Origin: Promethearchaeota archaeon
GTDB lineage: Archaea > Asgardarchaeota > Lokiarchaeia > Sigyniarchaeales > SOKP01
Assembly: GCA_030603385.1 (NCBI GenBank)
Contig: JAUVXW010000001.1
Location: 224,001 to 288,000, forward strand
Direction of reading: 5' to 3'
DNA: 64,000 nt
In this document: positions 9,340 through 19,465 of the stretch, in pieces
Numbering within the stretch: the stretch's first letter is position 1
How the letters are laid out: each line of letters starts with the position of its first letter
The notes under the pieces: model-generated
Told to the model about the DNA's origin: nothing
Database searches by the model: none
Seen by the model: the letters and a program-made list of their open reading frames with translations, nothing else
Made by a program: the position numbers and the translations under genes

Positions 9340-10143
9340 ATGAGCTTTACGTTAAAATTGGAAAATAGTCGGATATTGAAAGGGATTGTTGAAACTCTTG
9401 CCAGTATTATAGATGAAACTGAGTTTCGAGTCACTCCTAAAGAGTTTACAATTTCAGCGATGGATCCTAGTAGAATCTGTTTATTAAAATTATCGTTAAA
9501 AAAGGATGATTTTGATGATTATCAATGTAGTAAAGAATCAAAAGTTGGTTTAAATTTGGATGATCTGGATAAGATCTTGAAGAGGAGTGCTGCTAATGAT
9601 TCGGTTGAGATTGACTTTAACGAAACTGACCAAAAAATAAAAATAAAAATGCAAAGGGAAGGAGTATCACGAACAAGAACATTTAGTCTAGCTTTATTAG
9701 ATATTGATATCGAAGAAATTCCAATGGATAATTTACTAAAGATAGAATATCCATCGAGTTGGGTATTAGACCCAGATTTTTTAGTAGAGGCAATAAAGGA
9801 TGCTGAAATTTATTCCGAAATTCTTAATATAAACGCCAATGAAGGACAGGGACTCATTTTTAGCTCATCAGGGCAAATTGGTGAAATGGAATACGATCTC
9901 AATGAAGATGATTTAATCGAGAGTGAACTCCAAGGTTCAAGCAGCGGGGCTTATTCCTTAACATTTCTTAAAGCTATTTTAAAAATTGCTTCAATTACAG
10001 AGAAATTGGAAATATCTTTAAAGACTGATCATCCCTTGAAAATGAATTTTGATCTTCTTGAAGGTGGAAAACTAAGCTACTTCCTTGCACCAAGAGTAGA
10101 AGAAGAAGAATTTGATGAAAACGAGGATATGGACGAATTTTAA
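9340..10143 (+). CDS. pcn: DNA polymerase sliding clamp PCNA
   Basis: AMDPSRICLL, YSLTFL and YFLAPR motifs; acidic C-terminal tail. Confidence 0.96.
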   Translation: MSFTLKLENSRILKGIVETLASIIDETEFRVTPKEFTISAMDPSRICLLKLSLKKDDFDDYQCSKESKVGLNLDDLDKILKRSAANDSVEIDFNETDQKIKIKMQREGVSRTRTFSLALLDIDIEEIPMDNLLKIEYPSSWVLDPDFLVEAIKDAEIYSEILNINANEGQGLIFSSSGQIGEMEYDLNEDDLIESELQGSSSGAYSLTFLKAILKIASITEKLEISLKTDHPLKMNFDLLEGGKLSYFLAPRVEEEEFDENEDMDEF

Positions 10144-10265
10144 TCAGCTCCTTTTTTATTAAAATTATTATAAAACCAATTAACTCGTAATAATTAAAAC
10201 AAAATATCAATCATTTTCAAATAGATTAATTTATTTCCTTTTTAAAAAGTGAGGTAACAGGAGCT

Positions 10266-11459
10266 TTGAGCATTCCAACTGAATTAATAAATCGTTATCC
10301 ATGGCTCCCATCGTTAAAAAAACATTATTCTGAAATTGCTTCAAGATCTCCATCTATGTTCATTTCCGAAGTATTTTCAAAAGACTTTGGGAGTGATTTA
10401 AAAGAAAGACTTTTAGATTTATTTGAAGCAGCTTTCGATAATTTGGAAGAAATTTCTGATTACAAAAGTGATAGGTTAAATGTATATGTATATTTATTAT
10501 TAAATATCTTTCTCTATGCTTTAGATAATCAAATGATTACTAATCGATTAGCCAATCTCTATTCTAAAATAACCTATAACGAGTTAATCAAAGAAAATAA
10601 TGATGCTAATCTCTATAACATATGCCAAGATCTAGGGTTAAAAATAAGGTATTATGAACCACCAATTAATTATGGCGTGAATATTGTAAAAGATCATCAT
10701 CAAAAACTTGAGACTAATTTCACAATTCATTTTATTGATTATTTAAGTCTTGCATCAAACTTAAGAGATGAATACAGAAAATTAGCACATAATTCTCTTT
10801 TAGAGGGTTATGTATTCATTCAAAACAAAAGACTAATTCGTCTAATTCAAGAATATGTAAGAAATAAACTTCTTATTAAAGAAGCTGAGGATAAAGAATC
10901 ATTAAAAGCATTTTTAAAAGAAGTTTCAGATATTAAAGATTTCAAAGAGATACTTGAAAAAGTTTTAAATACGTGGACAGAACGAAAAGAAGAGTTTGAA
11001 TACACATTTAAAATTAATTTTGAAAGTGAAACAGAATTATTAACATTATTTCCTCCATGTGTAAATGAAATACTGAAGAAAACACAAGAAGGCCAAAATC
11101 TAATTCATAACGAAAGGCTTTTTATTGTTTGGTTTTTACTTGCTCTTGAATATCCCGTGGAGAAGGTTGTGGATTTATTTTCAACATTACCTGATTTTAA
11201 CAGAGAGAAAACTACCTACCAAGTCAATTATGCAAAAAAGAAAAATTATATTCCATATAAATGCTTAACATTAAAGTCTCTAAATTTATGCTTAGCCGTA
11301 AAATATAAGGATGAGCTATGTTTAACTGGTTATGGTTCAGTTGAACCTAGTGAAAGAAAAAAAATAGCTCATCCCTTATTTTATACTCGGATAAAGAAAT
11401 ATAGGGCCTCTAGAGATGAGAATTACAAAAAAAAAGAATTAGCCAAAGAAAATGAGTGA
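10266..11459 (+). CDS. priL: DNA primase large subunit
   Basis: RYPWL, FPPCV, HNERL and PDFNREKTTYQV motifs; Fe-S cysteines. Confidence 0.92.
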   Translation: MSIPTELINRYPWLPSLKKHYSEIASRSPSMFISEVFSKDFGSDLKERLLDLFEAAFDNLEEISDYKSDRLNVYVYLLLNIFLYALDNQMITNRLANLYSKITYNELIKENNDANLYNICQDLGLKIRYYEPPINYGVNIVKDHHQKLETNFTIHFIDYLSLASNLRDEYRKLAHNSLLEGYVFIQNKRLIRLIQEYVRNKLLIKEAEDKESLKAFLKEVSDIKDFKEILEKVLNTWTERKEEFEYTFKINFESETELLTLFPPCVNEILKKTQEGQNLIHNERLFIVWFLLALEYPVEKVVDLFSTLPDFNREKTTYQVNYAKKKNYIPYKCLTLKSLNLCLAVKYKDELCLTGYGSVEPSERKKIAHPLFYTRIKKYRASRDENYKKKELAKENE

Positions 11460-12738
11460 TATCGCATATCTAAAACGCCTATTCCGAACATATTATAAAG
11501 AGAAGAGATCAGAAATCCCCACCGTAAGTTTATTTGACAATCGAGAATTCGGTTATATTCCATGGGATAAACAAATAATAATGAAAAGACACATGAGTTT
11601 TAAAAGTCAAGATAGTATAACAAAACATTTAATTAATGAGGGGCCCAGACATGTTTATTTTAGTGGTGCTCTTTATGAACAACCAGAAATCCAAGATATG
11701 GACGGGAAAGGCTATCAGGGTTGCGATTTTATTGTTGATATTGATGTAGATCATTTTTATACTCCTTGTAAGGAAGATCATGATTTCTGGTATTGTAAGG
11801 AATGTGGAAAAAGCGGATTGGGAATGGTACATAAGTGTCCCAAATGTGGTAAATCAAAAATTAAAACATTAGCATGGATTTGTGATAAATGTTTAGATGT
11901 CGCTAAAGGAGAAATAATTAAATTGATTTATGATTTTTTAATTCCTGATTTTGGGATAAGCTTAAGCCAAATGAGGATAGCTTTTTCAGGGCATCGAGGT
12001 TATCACTTGAAAATTGAAAGTGAACAAATTAGAAATCTGTCCAGTAATGAGAGGAGGGAAATTGCAGATTATGTATCAGGAGAAAATATCTCCCTTGAAA
12101 TTTTAGGCTTACAGAAGAAGAGTGGAACTTTTTATAGTTTTTCAGGTGATACCTATGGGTGGCCAAAGAAGATTATTAGAAAAACTTATGAAATACTGAA
12201 AAAACCTAATTCAGAAATTCATGAATTGTTATCAGAAAAAGAAAAATTCGATTTTAGCGATAATTATATTAAGGGCTTTCTAAATTCTAAGCAAGATTTT
12301 ATTGATAAGATTGCTAATAATAAATACTTTATATTACCCTCAATTGAGGGTTTTGGAATGACTAATTGGAGAAAATTTTTCACAGGAATAGTTCATGAAG
12401 TTGGAGTAGAAATTGATACTCCTGTAACTATTGATATCCATAGACTGATCAGGTATCCTGGATCTTTACATGGAAAGACTGGGTTTAAAGTCCAAGAAAT
12501 ATTTCCTGATGAGCTTGATGATTTTAATCCCTTAGATGAAGTAAATGAAAAACTAGATCCAATTGTTTTTGAAAGCAAGGTGCAAACTACTCAGAAATTG
12601 GAAGTATTAGAGGCACAAGTACCAGCCACAAAAATCAAAGGGAAAACTTATGGACCTTATACTAAAGGTGAAATAATCGAAGTCCCTCATCATATTGCTA
12701 TATTCCTTTTATGCAAAGAAGTAGTAAAAACCATATAA
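11452..12738 (+). CDS. priS: DNA primase small subunit
   Basis: REFG, DIDVD, FSGHRGYH and IDTPVTIDIHRLIRYPGSLHGKTG motifs; Zn-ribbon insertion. Confidence 0.95.
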   Translation: MSDIAYLKRLFRTYYKEKRSEIPTVSLFDNREFGYIPWDKQIIMKRHMSFKSQDSITKHLINEGPRHVYFSGALYEQPEIQDMDGKGYQGCDFIVDIDVDHFYTPCKEDHDFWYCKECGKSGLGMVHKCPKCGKSKIKTLAWICDKCLDVAKGEIIKLIYDFLIPDFGISLSQMRIAFSGHRGYHLKIESEQIRNLSSNERREIADYVSGENISLEILGLQKKSGTFYSFSGDTYGWPKKIIRKTYEILKKPNSEIHELLSEKEKFDFSDNYIKGFLNSKQDFIDKIANNKYFILPSIEGFGMTNWRKFFTGIVHEVGVEIDTPVTIDIHRLIRYPGSLHGKTGFKVQEIFPDELDDFNPLDEVNEKLDPIVFESKVQTTQKLEVLEAQVPATKIKGKTYGPYTKGEIIEVPHHIAIFLLCKEVVKTI

Positions 12739-12799
12739 GTTAAAAATTTATTTACATGAACACTAGTTTAGTATATTAAAGTGAAAAGTTTCGATATTA

Positions 12800-13468
12800 A
12801 TGGATTTAAAAAAAGATTATGAGAATCTTTATCAGCATTGGCTTAATGAATTCCAACAAGTAGATTTAACTAAATTAAATCAGAAACTTTTTGATAAATA
12901 TAGTAAACTTTTAAATTCTATTGATAATCATCAAGAAAATGGAACTGATAATATTAAATTCCAAGTATTTGAATCTTATAAAAAAAATATTAACTATTTA
13001 TACGAAGATCTTTTAAGGATGAGAGAGCTTAAAATTATCAATACCGCTCTTGCTCTTAAAGAAATTAATATTGGTAATGTTATTGAAGCTGAAAAATTAC
13101 TTTACCAAAATTTAGTAAGTTCAATTAAAGGATATAAAAAAGTAAAAGCTATTTCGATTTTTGAAGGTGGAGAAGAATTAAAAACTGAAGAAATTATTGA
13201 ATCTAAAGTTGAAATTGAACCAGAAATTGGACAATCAGAATTATCCTTAAAAGAAAAAGAATCTATTATCTCTGAAATAGCCAATGAACAAAAGACAGAA
13301 CAAGTGGATTTTACTTTATTAAGATTTGTAAGGAAAACACCACCATTAGTTGGAATTGATCTTATTAATTATGGGCCATTCGAAGAGGAGGATATTGCTT
13401 ATATTCCCTCTCAAAATGCTATTATCCTTGTATTAGAAAAATTTGCAGAAAAAGTAGAAATCCCTTAA
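12800..13468 (+). CDS. GINS complex subunit (Gins51/Gins15 type)
   Basis: LRMRELKII A-domain; C-terminal B-domain LLRF...VGIDLINYGPFEEEDIAYIP..NA; follows priS. Confidence 0.88.
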   Translation: MDLKKDYENLYQHWLNEFQQVDLTKLNQKLFDKYSKLLNSIDNHQENGTDNIKFQVFESYKKNINYLYEDLLRMRELKIINTALALKEINIGNVIEAEKLLYQNLVSSIKGYKKVKAISIFEGGEELKTEEIIESKVEIEPEIGQSELSLKEKESIISEIANEQKTEQVDFTLLRFVRKTPPLVGIDLINYGPFEEEDIAYIPSQNAIILVLEKFAEKVEIP

Positions 13469-13471
13469 TAA

Positions 13472-13657
13472 TCAGTTAAATTTTTTTTCAAATTCTTCTT
13501 TAAAATAGATTAATCGATATTTACCATATTTATCCATTAAAGAAAATTTTGGAGGTCTTGGATTTACCAACTGACCCTTACAGTAACGACACTTTGAATT
13601 AGGGTTTGCTAAACCGTATCTCTTACAGCTACTACACTTCTGTAAATATTTTGTCAT
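13472..13657 (-). CDS. nop10: H/ACA RNP protein Nop10
   Basis: CxxC...CxxC followed by PPKFSLMDKYGKYR; downstream of aIF2-alpha. Confidence 0.9.
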   Translation of the reverse strand: MTKYLQKCSSCKRYGLANPNSKCRYCKGQLVNPRPPKFSLMDKYGKYRLIYFKEEFEKKFN

Positions 13658-13685
13658 AGGATAGTCAAATATATTAATTTAGGAT

Positions 13686-14507
13686 CTAGTCTCTTATGAA
13701 TTCAAATGTACCATTATACTGACCTGTTTTTTGTTCAATAATATCTAAAGCATCAGACAATATATTTTCTGCGTCTAAATAGTCTTTTGTTATAACTTCT
13801 AATCGGTAAAATGGTGCAGCTAAATAATTAATCGTAATATTACGAGTTAACTCTGAGTCAATGACTTTTAAAGCTTCAATTAATGATTCTTTAATTTGCT
13901 CTATTCCATTTTCTGAATTAAATGATAGCTTAACTTTCCCAGATATACTTACTGTTGAAATTTCTACATTCTCATCTACTATTTTTAATAATACCGTTCT
14001 AATTTCGTCAGTAACTCCTTCTAAATTGCTTAAAATCTCTTCTCCGTGTTCCTTCAGATTCTCTATAGCCTCCTGATAAGTATCAAAAAAATCTAAGACA
14101 GGAAATCCAATTAATTCATAAGCTTCATCGAGATTCATGTTAACTCCTTCAGTTTCTGTAAGGAATTGCAATAAATTCTCATATTTCACTGCATATTTCC
14201 ATTCTTTTAGCCTAATCTCTTTCTGAGCTGAATTTACTCTTCTTAATGACATATCGACGTGACCTTTTTCTGGATCAACGCGTAATACACGTAATACTAT
14301 TCTCTGGCCAATTCGAACAAAATTTCTTATATTCTTAATCCACCTAGAGCTTATCTCTGATATATGTATCATTCCTCTTGCTGTTTCCTCAGAATATAAG
14401 CCTTCATAGTCAACCAGATCAACGTAAACATATTGCTTTTGAACTTCAGTAACCTTTGCTATGACAAACTCCCCATCCTTTGGAAATTTTGCTCTACTTT
14501 TTACCAT
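13686..14507 (-). CDS. eif2a: translation initiation factor 2 alpha subunit
   Basis: S1 domain IHISEISSRWIKNIR and KGHVDMSLRRV; APFYR. Confidence 0.95.
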   Translation of the reverse strand: MVKSRAKFPKDGEFVIAKVTEVQKQYVYVDLVDYEGLYSEETARGMIHISEISSRWIKNIRNFVRIGQRIVLRVLRVDPEKGHVDMSLRRVNSAQKEIRLKEWKYAVKYENLLQFLTETEGVNMNLDEAYELIGFPVLDFFDTYQEAIENLKEHGEEILSNLEGVTDEIRTVLLKIVDENVEISTVSISGKVKLSFNSENGIEQIKESLIEALKVIDSELTRNITINYLAAPFYRLEVITKDYLDAENILSDALDIIEQKTGQYNGTFEFIRD

Positions 14508-14814
14508 AATATTAAATAAATATTGTTTATTCTTTTTCTTTTTTTCAATTATTACGTTATTTAACGATCAATAGTTTTTTATTTTTATTATCTTATTCCC
14601 TTGGAGATTAGAAATAATATCAAAAAAACTTATTTGAGTTTGGTATTTGTATAAGAATTAAATTATAAGATGAAAAAGACCTTAAATTTAGTAGAATATA
14701 GAAAAAAATATAAACTCAACAACATTAAAAAATAACATCTAATGAAAATTATTTTAATTTAGAAATTTAAAATTAAAAGAAATAAATCATAATTAATAGA
14801 GGAAATTGATTAAA

Positions 14815-16113
14815 ATGGTTGATAAACCGCATTTAAATCTTGTGATCATTGGACATATCGATCATGGCAAATCTACCATGATGGGGGCGCTTCTTATCGA
14901 AACTGGAGCAGTTACTGATAGAGAGGCTCGTGAATTAGAAAAACTCGCAAAAGAATACGATAGAGATTCTTGGTCTTACGCTTTTGTTTTTGACAAGCTA
15001 AAAGAAGAACGACAGCGTGGAATCACAATTGATTTAGCTTTTAGGAAATTTGAAACCCCAAGTCGATACTTTACCATAATAGATGCTCCTGGCCACGCAG
15101 ATTTCGTCAAAAACATGATAACTGGCGCCAGTCAGGCAGATGCTGCTATACTTGTCGTCTCCGGGAAGAAAGGTGAAATGGAGGTTGGAATTGCAGCAAA
15201 TGGACAAACACGTGAACATGCATATTTAGCACAAACTTTAGGTGTAAAGCAACTTGTTGTTGCGGTAAATAAAGCTGATGTTTATGATTATAGTGAAGAT
15301 CGGTTTAATGAAGTTAAAGAATCTGTCGGTGATCTTCTAAAAAATATTGGTTTTAAACTTAAAGACGTACCTTTCGTGCCTACAAGTGGTATGGCAATGG
15401 AGAATCTTTCGAAAAAGAGCGATAAATTGTCATGGTATGATGGTCCAACCTTAATTGATGCAATTGATAACTTTACACTTCCCGAGAAACCAACTGGTAA
15501 ACCTTTAAGACTTCCGATTCAAGATTCCTATAGTATTAAGGGAACGGGTGTTGTACCTGTGGGTCGAGTAGAAACAGGTGTATTGAAGAAGGGCGATAAA
15601 ATAGTAATCATGCCAACTGGCTTCGAAGGAGAAATTAGAACTATTGAAATGCATCATGAGGAAATCTCTCAAGCTGAGCCTGGAGATAATGTTGGTATAA
15701 GCATCCGTGGAATTACCCTGCAAGATGCAGGTCGGGGAGATTGTTTAGGGCATCCTAGTGATCCTCCTACTGTAATTAACCCAAGTGGAAAATGGACGGG
15801 GCAGATAATAGTCATTTGGCACCCAACAGCCATTGCGCAGGGATACACACCTGTCGTCCATGCACACACAGCCCAAGTTGCCGCAAAGTTTGTAAGTTTA
15901 GTTAAAAAACTAGATCAGAAGACAGGGGCTGTAATAGAGGATTCCCCTAAGTTTCTTAAAAGAAATGAATCAGCTATCGTTGAGTTATCTCCAATCAAGA
16001 AAATGTGTCTCGAGAAATATAACGACTTTCCTGAAATGGGCCGATTCGCTGTACGTGATATGGGAAGAACAGCATGTGTTGGAATAGTTAAGGATATTGA
16101 CACGGGAGAATAA
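14815..16113 (+). CDS. tuf: elongation factor 1-alpha
   Basis: KPHLNLVIIGHIDHGKST, ERQRGITID, DAPGH, NKAD and GRFAVRDMG motifs; ATG at 14815 preferred over TTG at 14806. Confidence 0.97.
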   Translation: MVDKPHLNLVIIGHIDHGKSTMMGALLIETGAVTDREARELEKLAKEYDRDSWSYAFVFDKLKEERQRGITIDLAFRKFETPSRYFTIIDAPGHADFVKNMITGASQADAAILVVSGKKGEMEVGIAANGQTREHAYLAQTLGVKQLVVAVNKADVYDYSEDRFNEVKESVGDLLKNIGFKLKDVPFVPTSGMAMENLSKKSDKLSWYDGPTLIDAIDNFTLPEKPTGKPLRLPIQDSYSIKGTGVVPVGRVETGVLKKGDKIVIMPTGFEGEIRTIEMHHEEISQAEPGDNVGISIRGITLQDAGRGDCLGHPSDPPTVINPSGKWTGQIIVIWHPTAIAQGYTPVVHAHTAQVAAKFVSLVKKLDQKTGAVIEDSPKFLKRNESAIVELSPIKKMCLEKYNDFPEMGRFAVRDMGRTACVGIVKDIDTGE

Positions 16114-16120
16114 AGAAATC

Positions 16121-16140
16121 TTTTTTTTTTGAACTTTTTT
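16121..16140 (+). terminator. poly-U terminator after tuf
   Basis: T10 run directly after the stop, followed by further T runs. Confidence 0.6.
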
Positions 16141-16328
16141 ATTTTATACTTATTTTGATTTATAGGTTTTTGTAATTTTATTGTATAATTCTGAATTTTT
16201 TTTTAAGCTATTTTTGGATTCAGCTTAGCTTTATATTGGAATATTCCCATGTTATATGAATATTATTTTAATTCTTGAAGCTTTAATCACCTTTTCTTAG
16301 TAAGAAGATTCTAATAAGAGAAGGTTGA

Positions 16329-16811
16329 TTGGAAGTTCACGCGACAAAAACAAAAATATGTTTTGTAGGGCAAAGTGGAGTTGGAAAATCTTCATTGTTA
16401 TCATTACTTCAAGGAAGGAAAATCTCAAAGAAGACAAACCCAACTGTGGGATTAGAAATAGAAGATTCTGTTTTAAATGGAAGCAAAGTTAATGTCTGGG
16501 ACTTTGGGGGTCAAGAACGTTTTAGATTCATGTGGCAAGATTTTTTGAAAGGAGCGGGATTAGCAATACTAGTATGCGACTCTACTGAAGATAGTATCGA
16601 AAAGACAAAAGAAATCTATAGAAAGTTTTCACGTTATATAGGTTCAAAAATAATTGCGATAGCAAATAAACAAGATCTTCCTGATGCTTTAAGTGCTGAA
16701 CAAGTTGAAGAAAAATTAGGTATCCCCACTTATGGAATGTCTGCGATAAGAGTAGATCTACGTGGAAGAATTAAGCGTATTTTAGAATACGAAATTGATA
16801 GTAACAAATGA
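16329..16811 (+). CDS. Arf-like small GTPase
   Basis: GQSGVGKS, PTVG, WDFGGQERFRFMW, NKQD and SA motifs. Confidence 0.9.
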   Translation: MEVHATKTKICFVGQSGVGKSSLLSLLQGRKISKKTNPTVGLEIEDSVLNGSKVNVWDFGGQERFRFMWQDFLKGAGLAILVCDSTEDSIEKTKEIYRKFSRYIGSKIIAIANKQDLPDALSAEQVEEKLGIPTYGMSAIRVDLRGRIKRILEYEIDSNK

Positions 16812-16819
16812 TTTAATAA

Positions 16820-17380
16820 TTAGAACAATTTTCCAATTAAATGTGCCAGGCGAAGACACTCTGGTAATTTAGAATCAATTGTACTCTTTTGTATTAATAA
16901 TTCTACTTCAGAAATTTCTATACCTTTTAAATGAAAATAAAGATTTGAGATTCCCCCAGCAGTTTGAATTCTAGTTTTGTATAGATTTCCAGCACTTATT
17001 ATGTAATGGATTTTTTCTCTATAATCTTCTGGAAATTTTTTAATTAGAGCATTGATAACAGAATCGAGATTAACTTTTTGATCATTAAATGCAATTATAG
17101 GTTTTTTAAATTCATTGTAAATTTGTTCAAGGCTAATGATATTGAAACCTCCAAATGTTATTGTATGAGTAAGTACATATTGGATATGTTTCTCATTTTG
17201 CCGTACAAGTTCAATTATTTTTTCAGTTGCATTATTTCCATCAATATTAATTTCTGTTCTTATTACATTTACCAGCCTAGTACCTTGGCATACAACTCCA
17301 ATCAGTTGAGTTGTCTTAAGTCCAGATTTTAAATCAAAGGTTGAATCATCTATTCCAATAGTAATAGGATTATCTTTCAT
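16820..17380 (-). CDS. DUF99 family protein (endonuclease V-like fold)
   Basis: IGIDDSTF, IDGNNAT, ITFGGFNII and LPECLRLAHLIG motifs. Confidence 0.85.
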   Translation of the reverse strand: MKDNPITIGIDDSTFDLKSGLKTTQLIGVVCQGTRLVNVIRTEINIDGNNATEKIIELVRQNEKHIQYVLTHTITFGGFNIISLEQIYNEFKKPIIAFNDQKVNLDSVINALIKKFPEDYREKIHYIISAGNLYKTRIQTAGGISNLYFHLKGIEISEVELLIQKSTIDSKLPECLRLAHLIGKLF

Positions 17381-17384
17381 TGCA

Positions 17385-17837
17385 TTATTTCTTAGGTAGA
17401 AGTTCCTTAATATAATTGAAAAGATTAGTAAAAGCTTCTATAGCACTCTTTATCTCTTCATTTCTAATATTTAAATCTCCCCTTAAATTCTCTGATAAAT
17501 AGTTAATTATTTCATATAAAGAAACTTTTTTGCTGAGCCAGACATAGGCGACTAAGGCTTCAGCTGTATCAGCAAGATCATGTGCATCAGCTCGAGTTTT
17601 TGCGAAGTTCTTCATGTTGGCATTTTTCAACGCGTTAGCTAAAATTTTTTTACTAACTTTTACTCCAGTTCTTAAAATTTTGTTATTTGGGCTGTTTTTA
17701 GTTAAATATATCGATTTTGCCATGGAATAAGTGAGATTTACAATTCCATCTCCTATTTTTGCTAACCCTTTATCTGTCCCTATCGCTTTTTGGGATTTAT
17801 TCAGGTCTAGATCTCTAATTAAAAACTCATAATCCAT
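17385..17837 (-). CDS. archaeal RNase III-like domain protein
   Basis: DKGLAKIGDGIVNLTYS and HDLADTAEALVAY motifs; usual neighbour of rpoL. Confidence 0.8.
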   Translation of the reverse strand: MDYEFLIRDLDLNKSQKAIGTDKGLAKIGDGIVNLTYSMAKSIYLTKNSPNNKILRTGVKVSKKILANALKNANMKNFAKTRADAHDLADTAEALVAYVWLSKKVSLYEIINYLSENLRGDLNIRNEEIKSAIEAFTNLFNYIKELLPKK

Positions 17838-17895
17838 TAAGGTAAGTTGAATTATGGCTTCTTATAAAGTTTGCATATAAAGATTATAAAAATAG

Positions 17896-18378
17896 TTAAG
17901 TAAGTTTTTGGAATAGTTTTTGGACCTCGATAACTTCTTCCCTTAGAGATTCAATTGCTTCAAACAAGATATCTTTGATTTTACCCTTATCAAGGCGAAT
18001 AAAGATTTGGGCTGGTACTATACCTGTTACTTTGTACGCTGCAGCGTTTACACCCTCGGTTTTTAATAAATGTTTCACGAGAATATTACAGAAATCATGT
18101 GATTGGCCTTCAATAATTAATTCGTAATCATTCTCACCAACTGTTTTAGTTAAGTTTAATTTGAGGTGCTTATAATCTGGAAATCTAGCTTCCTCTTCTA
18201 TTTCAAATTCTTCTTCTTCTTCATCAATATCAGCGTCATCTGCTGATGAAGGAACAACTTCTTTTTCTTTTTTCTCACTTAATTTAGGGTATTCACTAAT
18301 ATCATCATCAATTAGCTCATCTTCTAAATCATCTAATTCATCTTCTTCTTCTGATTTAACTGCTTTTTTCTTAGCCAT
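17896..18378 (-). CDS. rpoL: RNA polymerase subunit L (Rpo11) with acidic N-terminal extension
   Basis: ELIIEGQSHDFCNILVKHLL..EGV.AAAYKV core; synteny with csl4. Confidence 0.82.
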   Translation of the reverse strand: MAKKKAVKSEEEDELDDLEDELIDDDISEYPKLSEKKEKEVVPSSADDADIDEEEEEFEIEEEARFPDYKHLKLNLTKTVGENDYELIIEGQSHDFCNILVKHLLKTEGVNAAAYKVTGIVPAQIFIRLDKGKIKDILFEAIESLREEVIEVQKLFQKLT

Positions 18379-18467
18379 TACAAAAAACACCAAATAATTA
18401 GGAATTTATAATATAAAATATTTAAAATAAAATAAAATTTTTATGGTTTTGTAAGAAAAGTCAATTC

Positions 18468-18686
18468 TTATAGATATTGATTTGCAAGGTTTTTTAATCT
18501 TTCAGTTGCTAGATTTTGAAGATCTCGTGAACCAAATAAAGTAATCTTTATGTTTTTTCCCTCAACTCTCGCATTTAAATTGAGATAATTTATCTTTTTT
18601 TGCACATTTTCAAGGAATTCAATAACATTGTCTAAAGAACCACTATTATTATAGAAATGAATGACTTTTTTACCTACTTTTTTCAA
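18468..18686 (-). CDS. small protein resembling the N-terminal part of DUF2067
   Basis: Sits between csl4 and rpoL where DUF2067 is usually found; EFLE...VEGKNIKITLFG pattern. Confidence 0.5.
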   Translation of the reverse strand: MKKVGKKVIHFYNNSGSLDNVIEFLENVQKKINYLNLNARVEGKNIKITLFGSRDLQNLATERLKNLANQYL

Positions 18687-18751
18687 ATCTAAACACTTTA
18701 CAATATATATAATGGTTGCTATAAAATAATTTTAAGTTAAGTTAAAAAAAA

Positions 18752-19363
18752 TTAAAATCTTAAAGGTTCAGAAACATTCCTATAGTCATTTGCCATTTTT
18801 CTCGTCTCGGTGTTCCCACATCTTTCACATCTTAACTTATTATAACCAATTTTATCCAGAGGTGTTCCACAAATAACACAATCTGCATAAATTACACCAA
18901 GATCATTCCTGCTTGTACTTAAATTAAATTCGTTATAATTTAAGCTGATTACACGAGCTCTTATAATATCAGTAATTTGAAATGCATCTTGTATTTTTTC
19001 AATAAATCTATCTGAGATTTGAGAGACATGAATGTTACCAAAATAGCTTGAATTAAAATGAATTTTCTGATTTATCGTGTAAAAATTTGTACCAACTGAA
19101 TACTGCCGTAAAAATAAAATAGGACCAATAACGATATCTCCAATTTTTACAGTTTTTCGGTCTTTTTCTTGATGAGTTTTTATTTCAATTTTTCTTTTTT
19201 CATTGTCAATATCAATAAATCCTGATTTAGTCGCATAAATTTGTCCATCTTTAACAAAGGTTGATTGCTTATCAGGCAGAAACTCCTCAACGACTCCAAG
19301 ATACTGACCTGTGAGAACCAGATCGTCATTTTTTAAAGATTTTTTATCCAAAAGTATCAACAC
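18752..19363 (-). CDS. csl4: exosome RNA-binding subunit Csl4
   Basis: LGVVEEFLP, IHVSQIS, DIIRARV and LGVIYADCVICG...CERCGNTETRKMA motifs. Confidence 0.93.
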   Translation of the reverse strand: MLILLDKKSLKNDDLVLTGQYLGVVEEFLPDKQSTFVKDGQIYATKSGFIDIDNEKRKIEIKTHQEKDRKTVKIGDIVIGPILFLRQYSVGTNFYTINQKIHFNSSYFGNIHVSQISDRFIEKIQDAFQITDIIRARVISLNYNEFNLSTSRNDLGVIYADCVICGTPLDKIGYNKLRCERCGNTETRKMANDYRNVSEPLRF

Positions 19364-19465
19364 TAATCTTTTAATTTCCCAATTTCTTTCTTTATTAAGA
19401 AAATATTATTAAATAAAATAAATAAATTTAATGTATTAGTCATAAAAGAGTAAATATTTTTACGG

